A stretch of 63,713 nt of DNA, counting the filler, from Thraustochytrium aureum (Eukaryota), in assembly GCA_012862495.1 (NCBI GenBank). It is 10 parts of 6 records of this genome, joined end to end, with 100 filler letters (N's around TTAATTAATTAA, not from the genome) between each part and the next. Parts side by side here need not be neighbours in the genome. Positions count along the whole stretch, not along the records: positions 46,268 to 47,784 come from BLSG01000113.1; positions 47,885 to 51,607 come from BLSG01000113.1; positions 51,708 to 56,051 come from BLSG01000114.1; positions 56,152 to 57,330 come from BLSG01000115.1; positions 57,431 to 61,257 come from BLSG01000117.1; 5 more parts are not named here. One strand, 5' to 3'. Positions 47,658 through 57,567 of this stretch are shown piece after piece. Each line of letters begins with the position of its first letter. The stretch's first letter is position 1. The translations under genes were made by a program, and so were the position numbers. The notes below the pieces were generated by a model. The model ran no database searches and had not been told where the DNA came from. It saw nothing but the letters and a program-made list of their open reading frames with translations.

Positions 47658-47884
47658 GACCGTGGCGCTGTTGTGGCCCGGCGCCATCAGCCATGTTTAT
47701 AAATAAATAGATTCCTTCTTTCTTCGAGTTCTTTTAAATGCCTTCGGGTTGCTCTGCACATCGAGCTCCCTGGCCATGCCCAAANNNNNNNNNNNNNNNN
47801 NNNNNNNNNNNNNNNNNNNNNNNNNNNNTTAATTAATTAANNNNNNNNNNNNNNNNNNNNNNNNNNNNNNNNNNNNNNNNNNNN

Positions 47885-49385
47885 CGAGGTGGCAGAAAGC
47901 GACGCTGAAGACTACGACGGGCCCCAGAACGACCAAGCCGGCGAGGCGCTGCCCGACGAGCACTTTGACGCGCAGGTCGAGGAAGGGGGTCTCCGCGACC
48001 CGAGCAAGGCTAGCCGTGGCAAGGTGAACACTATCGTGGTCGGGTTCCCGGGCACCGGCGTGGAGCACATTCACGCGTACCTTGGCGGGTCGCTGTCCAT
48101 GGCGGTCGCGCCGCCCGACGCGACGGCGGCTGAGATTGTGGCGCTTATGCGGCGATCTGGGACCCCAGAATTCAACAAGTTTGATGCATTTGAGGCAGTC
48201 GCCGACGACAGCGCGTCCGTATTCTTCGAGCAGCTCATCGCGACGTATCCAGCAGCGCGGGTCGTGGTCGCCGTGCGCGACGTGGACGACTGGTACGAGA
48301 GCTTTCGAGCAGAGGTGGCGGCGCGCCAGAGCGATGCCCGCTTCCTGCTTCGTGTTCCGGTTCTAAACTACTTGCTCGGGGACGTTCGCGCCGGCGCCGA
48401 GAGCCCTGCGCTTTGGAAAAAGCAGTACGCGCTCTTCTACGATCGCGTCTTGCACTCCATTCCGCGGAAACGCCGCAAATTGATGCCTGTGCTAGGGCGC
48501 GTCGTCGGCCAAGACGCGGCGCAGCCTTGGGACTGGCTGGCGAAGTTTCTGGGCCGCGATCCGCCGGGCACCGCGCCGCTCATGCAGGCTTCAGGCGGCG
48601 GCGTTCGCGGACCGGCCGGAGCTCGCCCAGTCTCCCCAGGCGTTGCCGACGCTCTCGCCAAGTTGCACATCTCAAGCGCGCAGCTAGCAGACCAGGCCGC
48701 TCAGCGCCAAGGGTTCCTCAAGGTCATGGTGGTCGGCCTCGAGGGGACCGGCACGCGGGCGATAGGGAGCGCGCTTGGCAAGCTCGGCTTTTCTGTCGCA
48801 GAGTTTAGCAGCGTGGGCACAGCCGCCTGTTCTACGCAAGAGTGCAGGCGCGTCGTTAGCAACGTGGACGCGGTTCTCACGGGTTCGAACAGGGCGCCGT
48901 CGTTCGGATTTGGCGGGGTTTTCCATGGCGTAGACGCTGTCGTTGGCGCTCCTGCAGATCTCTTTGTCCAAGAGGCCCTCGCTGCGAACCCCGACCTCAA
49001 GGTCATCCTGGCGGTTCGCGCCATTGACAGCTGGTACCCACACGGCAAGTGCTTGGCTCGTAAACTCGCGCAAGCCGCAGAACCAAAGGCCGGGTACCAC
49101 CGCAAGTCGGCGCGCGCGGCGGATGAGACGCCGATGCGCAGCGCGGGCGTCGCGATCGGGCTCGTTCAGGACCCTTCTGCGTACCTCCTCAAGCAGCGGT
49201 ACGCCGAGCACGCAGCGCTCGTGCGCAACGTGCCGCGCGAGCGGCTCCTCATTCTTGACGCCGCCAAAGCGGGCTCGGACGCGTGGCGCCAGCTTTGCGA
49301 CCTCTTGCGCGTCACGCGCTGCACAGCGCACTTAATGGCAAGCAAGTTTCCCTCGGACGCGCCGCGGTCGAGCCGCGCATGCTGA
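47885..49385 (+). CDS. Protein with two tandem sulfotransferase-like (Sulfotransfer_4-type) P-loop domains (5' partial)
   Basis: Repeat 1: TIVVGFPGTG..FEAVAD..EQLIATYPAARVVVAVRDVDDWYES..IPRKRRK..WDWLAKFLG. Repeat 2: KVMVVGLEGTGT..ALGKLG..DAVVGAP..ANPDLKVILAVRAIDSWY..VPRERLLIL..WRQLCDLL..FP. Confidence 0.75.
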
Positions 49386-49510
49386 GTCTCAGCGCGCTGC
49401 ACGCAGCAGACTGACATTGCGGTAGAGTACATCTGTTATCATTAAAACCAAGCCATCCTCTCCCACCACCACCCGGAAGCGACGCCTCCTTTGCGCCCAC
49501 GCCGGTCAGG

Positions 49511-50386
49511 TCATTCGGCGTCATCATCTCCCCAGGGGACGTCCAAAAGCCGCGCCGCTTCGGCTTCGGCAGCCTCCTCGCGCGCCTCTTTGGCCTGGAG
49601 CATGCTCTCGAGAATGCGCGAGTCATCAACGACCGCAGCGTCGTCCCCGCTGGCGTGGCCGAGGGCGCGGCGCGTGATCCGGATGATCTGCTCTGCGTAC
49701 TTGTCACCCCCGGCGACCTCCGCTTGCGCTGCGCCATCGGCCGGGTCCTCCTCGCTGCTGGCTTCGGACCTGTTGCCGCCCTCGCCGCCGGCCTGCTCGA
49801 GCCCAGCCTGCGGCTCGCGTTGCCGTGCAAGCGCGGCCTCGGCCCCGTCTTCCTTGGCAGCGAGTAGTATGTCGTCCGGCACGCTGGCCTCAAACTCGAG
49901 AAACTCCTTCCAGGCTCCGGCGTCGTCATCAGCGGCCTCGCCATCCCCGTCGGCGCGCTCCCCGAGCACCCGGCGCCGCTTGCCAGCAGGGGTGTCCAGG
50001 GTCCCCTGGCCGCCGTGGTCGTCGNNNNNNNNNNNNNNNNNNNNNNNNNNNNNNNNNNNNNNNNNNNNNNNNNNNNNNNNNNNNNNNNNNNNNNNNNNNN
50101 NNNNNNNNNNNNNNNNNNNNNNNNNNNNNNNNNNNNNNNNNNNNNNNNNNNNNNNNNNNNNNNNNNNNNNNNNNNNNNNNNNNNNNNNNNNNNNNNNNNN
50201 NNNNNNNNNNNNNNNNNNNNNNNNNNNNNNNNNNNNNNNNNNNNNNNNNNNNNNNNNNNNNNNNNNNNNNNNNNNNNNNNNNNNNNNNNNNNNNNNNNNN
50301 NNNNNNNNNNNNNNNNNNNNNNNNNNNNNNNCTCCCTTCGCCGGGGGCCGTTCGAAGAAGCCCGGCGGGAGCGCGGCGGCGCTCAT
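49511..50386 (-). CDS. Acidic hypothetical protein, weakly ZNF830-C-terminus-like (internal gap)
   Basis: MSAAALPPGFFE...AWKEFLEFE recalls the LPEGFFD...EWDEFQ motifs of ZNF830; otherwise low complexity. Confidence 0.4.
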   Translation of the reverse strand: MSAAALPPGFFERPPAKGXXXXXXXXXXXXXXXXXXXXXXXXXXXXXXXXXXXXXXXXXXXXXXXXXXXXXXXXXXXXXXXXXXXXXXXXXXXXXXXXXXXXXXXXXXXXXXXXXXXXXXXDDHGGQGTLDTPAGKRRRVLGERADGDGEAADDDAGAWKEFLEFEASVPDDILLAAKEDGAEAALARQREPQAGLEQAGGEGGNRSEASSEEDPADGAAQAEVAGGDKYAEQIIRITRRALGHASGDDAAVVDDSRILESMLQAKEAREEAAEAEAARLLDVPWGDDDAE

Positions 50387-50654
50387 CGTCGTCAAGCCTC
50401 GTTCGGGCTTTCGAAAGGGGACATGGCGCTGGTTGGACGACGTCGAGGACGAGGTCGGTCTCGGTCGTGCGGCGGCCGCAAGGCCAGAGCGCAAGGCGCC
50501 GCTGAAGGCCGGCTTGGACGGCTTCGTTTCGGATGAGCTGCCGTGGGGCGCAAGGTGGGCAAGGTGGGCAGGGCGGGCAGGGTCGGCTGACCAGACATGA
50601 AGGTCTTGTCTTCGCTGCGTTGCGCCAGGAACTAAGGCCTGGCTGCCGCGGCGG

Positions 50655-51437
50655 TCACTTGCGCTGGTTCTCGATGTGCTCTGCAAAGGTGTCGATGACG
50701 ACGGGCCAGGCCGAGTTTTCGTCGTACCCGTTGAGGTCCGCATCCACGGTGGAGCTAAAGTCGAGAAGCAGGTTCCACTCGTCGCGCGATATGGCGTGCT
50801 TGCGGTTCGCTTCGACGTATGTGCACCAGGCGTCGAGCAGAGCGAATCGGCCTTCAAGCAACAGCCGCCAGAGCGCGACGGCGGTCTCGACTGGCATCGA
50901 CTTTTGGCCCGGAGGACACGCCCACTTGAAGGTGAACTGGTAGATCCTTTTGAATTCATCGGCGTCCTCCAGCTGCTGGCGCAGCGCGGGAATCGCGGCG
51001 CGCAGGCCCTCGATCGAGTCGACGCCCATGTTTGCCATGCCCTGCAGGAACTCGTCCTTGGTGTACACCAGCATGTGCGCGGCGCCAAAGTGAAACGAGA
51101 TCACCAGCAGCAGGGTGTCCTCGGGGCTCACCTGCAGGTCGTCGCAGAAGGCAGCGATCCCTTCGGCTTGCATCGTGTCTGGCTGCTCGGCGTCGGCGTA
51201 CTTTTTAAACCAGGCGTTTGCCTTGGCTTGGTCGATCACCGGCACGGCTGCGGCCGAGCCCTGGGAGTCCTCGACCTCCCAGTCGCCCGAAAAGAAGGCA
51301 TCTGCGGCGCGCTGCACATCCCAGCCGTACGCGTTCAGCATCGCGATCGCGTTCGCCCTGCTATCCTGGAATGTGACAGCTTGAAGCTGCGTCACCAAGC
51401 GCTTCTGGCGCGCGCCGAGGTCAGCGAACGAGGCCAT
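50655..51437 (-). CDS. DCN1: DCN1-like protein (defective in cullin neddylation 1)
   Basis: UBA-like N-terminus (GWDVQRAADAFF) and PONY domain (EGIAAFCDDLQVSPED, FKRIYQFTF, GQKSMPVETAVALWRLLL, ISRDEWNLLLDF, YDENSAWPVVIDTFAE). Confidence 0.93.
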   Translation of the reverse strand: MASFADLGARQKRLVTQLQAVTFQDSRANAIAMLNAYGWDVQRAADAFFSGDWEVEDSQGSAAAVPVIDQAKANAWFKKYADAEQPDTMQAEGIAAFCDDLQVSPEDTLLLVISFHFGAAHMLVYTKDEFLQGMANMGVDSIEGLRAAIPALRQQLEDADEFKRIYQFTFKWACPPGQKSMPVETAVALWRLLLEGRFALLDAWCTYVEANRKHAISRDEWNLLLDFSSTVDADLNGYDENSAWPVVIDTFAEHIENQRK

Positions 51438-51707
51438 CTCGCAGCCCGAGCAGCCCGAGCAGCCGACCCCTCGTCCTCGCGCGGTCTTGCCGCCGCGTCC
51501 TGCCGCGCCGTCGATCCGCGCGCCGTCGCGTGCAGCGGCGTACGTGTGAACCCGCCGCAGTCGCAGCCGGCCAACCTATCCGCCGCGAGAACGAGGCGGC
51601 GAGGGAANNNNNNNNNNNNNNNNNNNNNNNNNNNNNNNNNNNNNNNNNNNNTTAATTAATTAANNNNNNNNNNNNNNNNNNNNNNNNNNNNNNNNNNNNN
51701 NNNNNNN

Positions 51708-52794
51708 TGACGGCGCTGCTGAACCGGTCTGCGCAAGCCAGCAAGGAGTGCCCAATAACCGCTGAGCACACCGCGCGGGCCTCGTCGCTCGTTGTCTCTC
51801 TTGCAAGCGCCGCGAATAGCGCGGCGACCCGGAGCCAGCTCGTGGAGGCCTGCTCGGCGGTGCTCGTCGGCAGGGATGCAACGTCGGTGGAGCGCGCAGT
51901 AGAGGTCTCAAACGCCCTCTTGGCTCTGAGCCATTTGGTCTTGGACGCTGCGGTGCGCGAGACCGTGCGCAAGTCCACCGCGCTCGTTCGGGCGATTCGG
52001 TCCGTGGGAGTTGCGGCTGGAACTGAAAACTTCACCGCACACCTTGCTGCGCGCGTGTTCAGCTACCTCGGCACAGGCGAGCGGCTTGTGAAGCAAAAGG
52101 CGGCCCTGCCGGTGCCGCCCCTGGGCGGCAAGGCCGTCAATGGGCAACCGCAAGGCCTGCCAAAAGCGGCGCCGCAGACTCCGCCGCCGCCGCCGCAGCA
52201 GCAGCAAATGCAACATCAGATGTCGCCCAACCGAGCCGCGCCGCTCGGGCGGACGAGCAGTGTTGGCAGTGCGGGCTCGTTGCCGCCGAGCTCGCCGTTG
52301 CTAGCGGCGGCGAGCAAGCCAGCGCACCCCCCGCGCCGATGCCGATGCCCAAGGGCCCGCTGCTGCCCACTTACTCCCGGTCGGTGGGCTCAAGCGGGCT
52401 TCGCAGCACCTCTGGGGGGGCGTCGGGAACGTCGCTGGGCGGAGAAGACCAGGCGTCACTGGAGTTGGCGCGCCGTTTGCAAGAAGAGGAGAACAAGCGT
52501 GCCTCGACCTCCTCGGCGTCCCAAAAGGCTGTCGCTCCACGACCGCCGTCGGTCTGGAACTGCAGCTCGTGTACGTTTGAAAACAAGGCTGGCGCTGTCG
52601 AGTGCGAAATGTGCGGTGCTGCGAAGCCGTCGAGCGGCGGCAGCTCTGCGACGCCGCCCACGTACTCTTCTTCGGGGATCATCCACGTGCGCTGCCCGAA
52701 GTGTCTCACTGTTCTTGGCGCGCCGACTTCGGCGTCCATGTTCCAGTGCATGTCGTGCAACGCCACGTCGTCGGTTTTGGCGAACAAGGTCTAG
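51708..52794 (+). CDS. Protein with UIM/MIU-like motif, RanBP2/NZF zinc finger and LSD1-type zinc finger (5' partial; frameshift ~52330)
   Basis: EDQASLELARRLQEEE; WNCSSCTFENKAGAVECEMC; VRCPKCLTVLGAPTSASMFQCMSC; preceded by a helical ARM-like region and a Pro/Gln-rich linker. Confidence 0.75.
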
Positions 52795-55287
52795 ATGTTT
52801 CGCTGACAGCCGGCTGGCCGACCGACCGGCCGGGCGCGTATGGCGCGAATGGCCGAATGGCGGCTCAGCTCTATTAGAAAGTAAATACAGCGCTGCTTTT
52901 TCCAGGCACGCCATGCGCAGTCCTCGTCGCTGCTGGTTCCTCTGTGCGAGGGGAAGTTTGCCCGCCCACAGGTGGCCAGAACAACTGATTCAACTCTGCG
53001 GGCTGCCCGGCATTCTGGGACAAGCCAGCGCCGCAGTGTTGGAGGCGCGCCTGGCGCGATGGGGCAAACCCGCATCGTCGCGGCTGTGGAACAAGTTGGC
53101 GCCGAAGGCTCGTCCAAAGCAACGGCGCTGAGCGNNNNNNNNNNNNNNNNNNNNNNNNNNNNNNNNNNNNNNNNNNNNNNNNNNNNNNNNNNNNNNNNNN
53201 NNNNNNNNNNNNNNNNNNNNNNNNNNNNNNNNNNNNNNNNNNNNNNNNNNNNNNNNNNNNNNNNNNNNNNNNNNNNNNNNNNNNNNNNNNNNNNNNNNNN
53301 NNNNNNNNNNNNNNNNNNNNNNNNNNNNNNNNNNNNNNNNNNNNNNNNNNNNNNNNNNNNNNNNNNNNNNNNNNNNNNNNNNNNNNNNNNNNNNNNNNNN
53401 NNNNNNNNNNNNNNNNNNNNNNNNNNNNNNNNNNNNNNNNNNNNNNNNNNNNNNNNNNNNNNNNNNNNNNNNNNNNNNNNNNNNNNNNNNNNNNNNNNNN
53501 NNNNNNNNNNNNNNNNNNNNNNNNNNNNNNNNNNNNNNNNNNNNNNNNNNNNNNNNNNNNNNNNNNNNNNNNNNNNNNNNNNNNNNNNNNNNNNNNNNNN
53601 NNNNNNNNNNNNNNNNNNNNNNNNNNNNNNNNNNNNNNNNNNNNNNNNNNNNNNNNNNNNNNNNNNNNNNNNNNNNNNNNNNNNNNNNNNNNNNNNNNNN
53701 NNNNNNNNNNNNNNNNNNNNNNNNNNNNNNNNNNNNNNNNNNNNNNNNNNNNNNNNNNNNNNNNNNNNNNNNNNNNNNNNNNNNNNNNNNNNNNNNNNNN
53801 NNNNNNNNNNNNNNNNNNNNNNNNNNNNNNNNNNNNNNNNNNNNNNNNNNNNNNNNNNNNNNNNNNNNNNNNNNNNNNNNNNNNNNNNNNNNNNNNNNNN
53901 NNNNNNNNNNNNNNNNNNNNNNNNNNNNNNNNNNNNNNNNNNNNNNNNNNNNNNNNNNNNNNNNNNNNNNNNNNNNNNNNNNNNNNNNNNNNNNNNNNNN
54001 NNNNNNNNNNNNNNNNNNNNNNNNNNNNNNNNNNNNNNNNNNNNNNNNNNNNNNNNNNNNNNNNNNNNNNNNNNNNNNNNNNNNNNNNNNNNNNNNNNNN
54101 NNNNNNNNNNNNNNNNNNNNGGCTCGCTCCAGGGATCAGCATCGCGTACCGTGCTGATCCTCCTTGCTTGGCGCGAAGCTGGTCACTGAAGGGTAACCAG
54201 CTGCCACGCTGAAACCGAGCGTGCGGCCGTGTCAATCCCTCCGTCCTCCTTGCCTCCTCCTCCAAGGCCGAAAGTGCACCTTGGCCGCCCCTCGCTCGAG
54301 CAGGACGCCGCCGCACCAGCAGCCGCGCACTTGCAACCGCCGCCGCCGCCGCCGCCTTTCGAACCAGGCCGATGCGTGCTGGCTGTAGGTGCACCGAGCA
54401 GCCTAAACCCCCTCCAGAGTGAACCGCCAAATCGAACCGACAGGCGGCTCACATGTGGGTGTGTGCCCAGCCGTGGGACTCGTCCTTGCCTCCGAGTCGG
54501 GCGCCGGCGGCATTGCGACGACATAGCAAGCAGGCAGGGCTCAACCCAGGCTTGGCCACCACCGCCCAGCGCCTTCTTCGTCCAGCAAGCAAACTGAAGC
54601 TTCCCATTCCCACGCGTCTTGCGCAGCGCCCAATCTTGCGATTCCGTCAAGTCGGCGACCACTTTCAATCAACTTTCAATCAATTCAACTCGGAGATGTG
54701 CACGGGGCGGGCCCGGAAGAGGAAGAATGCGATTTCCCGGGTGACCCGCCTGCACGTCGTCCTCACGTGGTCCGACATCATCCCGGCTCGAGAATATGAA
54801 CCGCCCTGGCACTGCACCATCATCACCCATGCGCGCGTCTCGTTCCATTCCATCGACTCGGCCTCGGCCTCGGAGAGCCTCTGCGCTGAGAACAGCCAGC
54901 TGCCGACTCGTAGCTCTCGAGAGAGCCTGTCCAGGCGTTGCATGGGGCAAAATGCACGCACGACGCATTCGCGGTTGAACCAAGTTGACTCGAGGCAGAA
55001 TAGACCGCCGCCGCCCTCAACTTGAACCACCAGGTAGAAAGTACATCCTCAAGAGCGAGCTCACACGCAACTCGGGCCTGATACGACAGCTCGCACAGTG
55101 GCGGCGGCTCCTCACACGGGATGAAGTAGCCTAGTACATCGCTGGCGAGTGCGCCGGAGGCTCAGAGGGACTGCGAGAGGCTCATCCAGTCAAGTCTTCG
55201 GGTCCATACCGGGGTCTTGACCAGGATTTGGTTGAGGCCATGACGGTCTTGCTACGCAGTCCCCCCGGAAAACGCGAGTAGCACTTC

Positions 55288-55390
55288 GAAACCGCAGAAG
55301 AAACCGAAGCAGAGAGAACCCGAAGCAGAGCCAAACGTCCGAAAGCAGAGACGACAAAACGCCCAAACTCGAAGCAGAATGCAGAGACGC
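55288..55390 (+). repeat. Degenerate CGAAGCAGAG repeat cluster
   Basis: GCAGA cores at 55294, 55309, 55325, 55345, 55374 and 55381. Confidence 0.5.
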
Positions 55391-56151
55391 AATTCAAGAG
55401 CGGGCGGGGAAGGAGGAAGGCGGAGCCATCGCCGGTCGCAAGCGCGCAAAACGTATCCGCGAAAGCCGCGAAAGCAAGCCTTTCATTTCAGCATTTCCTT
55501 TCCTTTCATTCGTCATTCGTCACCGTATAAAAGCTCAATCTCAGTCCATCAACCAACAGAAGAAAGCGGCAAACAAACGCAGCTAAGAAAGCCTCCAAGC
55601 CCTTGAAGCGCGGCCGAGTCGGGGCGCCGCGCGTGGCCTGCCAGGTACGACAAGGCCCCATCGCAGGAGGCGCAATAGTGCGAGCGATCAGGCGATCAGG
55701 CGAGCAGGTGAGCAGGCGAGCAGGTGATGGACAAACGTGCCGCTGCAAGGCTCGGCCGCGCAACGGAGTGGAGCTGGACACCAGCAGGAAGCAAACGCTG
55801 CCGACTCGGCGACACAGTCGGCCGCCTGAACGGCGCCGCAGCAGCTGCGGAGGTTGAGGGCAAGTCGGACTGCGAGGGGAGCGTGGGCAGCGCAGCGAGC
55901 GCGGGCGCGCAGTGCGAGTGGGGCGCGCCGGACGTCGAGTCGTGCGCTGCGGTCGCCGCGCCAGGACGCGAGAAGGCGCAGGGCCGGCGCGAAGCCGCGG
56001 CGAAAGGCAGCTGGCCGAGTCGCAACAAGGCATCGGCCGGTGAGCGGCAGGNNNNNNNNNNNNNNNNNNNNNNNNNNNNNNNNNNNNNNNNNNNNTTAAT
56101 TAATTAANNNNNNNNNNNNNNNNNNNNNNNNNNNNNNNNNNNNNNNNNNNN

Positions 56152-56937
56152 TTCCGGTGGGCGTGCGACATGTACTGGAGCCGCGCGCTGCGCGTGCCGG
56201 TGAACAGCGCGGGCCGCACGGCGTCCGGAGCTGCGCTAGTGCCCTTCCTAGATAGCCTCAACCACCGGCCGGGCACCCTGCACGGGCTCGAGGCCGAGGA
56301 CGCCGCCGCAGCGGGGGCCGGCGCCCGCAAGCTGCTCCTTCGGGCGGGCTCGGCGATCCGGGCGGGCGATCAGGTCTGCATAAACTACGGCGCCAAGGCG
56401 AACGCCGAGCTGCTGTGCAACTATGGCTTTTCGCTTCCGAACAACGCGGCAGACTATGTGGACCTCGTCGTCGGCGGGGCGCCCTACCGCTTTCGCAAGC
56501 TGGACGAGGCTTTCCCGGCCGGGATGCTGGACGCCGCGCGCCGGGGCGCTGGTCTCGTCCTGATCGCAGGCCATGCTGATTTCTCCAAGGCATACAACGT
56601 TAGCGACGCGGTCGTCGAGATCGACTGGATGGACCCGAGCTCGTACAACAACCTTGCCGCCGCAGAGTCGGCGCCGGCTGGGGCGGCCTGGCTCGAGTCG
56701 GCCAACTTGGGCGCCGTTTCCGCTTGTGCCGCTGACGAGCGAACCGCCGTCACCTGGCTCCGAGAGCATGCGGTCGCTCCTGCGCTCGCGGACCGTCGTG
56801 CCCGGGTGGCGGCCTGTTGCAGACGGGGGGTTGGCCTCGCTCTAGTTGTGAGGCATGTCCTCGAGGGCGAGGCCGAATGCCTTGAGCGTTTGGAGGAATT
56901 GCTCGGACGCCTGCTTGCCCTTGCCCTCCCCGCATAG
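56152..56937 (+). CDS. SET-domain lysine methyltransferase, Rubisco-LSMT/SETD3/6-like (5' partial)
   Basis: WACDMYWSRA, ALVPFLDSLNH and GDQVCINYGAKANAELLCNYGF. Confidence 0.85.
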   Translation, partial: FRWACDMYWSRALRVPVNSAGRTASGAALVPFLDSLNHRPGTLHGLEAEDAAAAGAGARKLLLRAGSAIRAGDQVCINYGAKANAELLCNYGFSLPNNAADYVDLVVGGAPYRFRKLDEAFPAGMLDAARRGAGLVLIAGHADFSKAYNVSDAVVEIDWMDPSSYNNLAAAESAPAGAAWLESANLGAVSACAADERTAVTWLREHAVAPALADRRARVAACCRRGVGLALVVRHVLEGEAECLERLEELLGRLLALALPA

Positions 56938-57567
56938 CGTACGGCGGGGACGCAAAGAACTGCAGCGCCAGAACAGATGGCGCTCATCCTCAGCGCCTTG
57001 CAAGCGCGACCAAGCGCGGGCTTCGAAACAAAGCCAGACGCGCGAGCAGCTCCTGAGCAAACTTCAGCAACCCGCCTTCTTCCCCTTGTCGTTCCCTCGC
57101 CGAGTTCTGTCCTTGACGGGCCGTCGCAGGACGCCGCCAGCTGGGCAAGCTCTATAGAGCTCTTCCTCCCACACTCCAACGCCAGTTGGGCCGTCCAAAC
57201 CAAGCCACCAAGCCACCAAGCCAGCGGCATCCACAGCCAGCCGCACCGCGCCAAGGCGATCGACACCGGCCTTCGTGCCAGGACACCTTGGGCGCTTGGA
57301 CGGGCAACCCACACGCGCTCTTTGTTCATCNNNNNNNNNNNNNNNNNNNNNNNNNNNNNNNNNNNNNNNNNNNNTTAATTAATTAANNNNNNNNNNNNNN
57401 NNNNNNNNNNNNNNNNNNNNNNNNNNNNNNTTTGCGCTCGGGCAAAAGCCCTAAAAACTGTTGGAAACTTTGGCAAATGCCGAAAAGATCAAGCTTCCGG
57501 TCTGCCAAGGCAGGTCAGGTCGGCAACGCCGGCTTGGGCTCCTCGCCGAGCCCGCCAGGCAGAGCAG

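Noticed and set aside
35987..51437. Apparent cell-cycle/ubiquitin gene cluster (CDC6, PCID2, DCN1)
   Set aside because: DCN1 is on a different scaffold, and the CDC6/PCID2 adjacency is unremarkable in a compact eukaryote.
54680..55240. Possible small minus-strand gene or pseudogene
   Set aside because: No recognisable motif; candidate frames are interrupted by stops and no coherent start was found.
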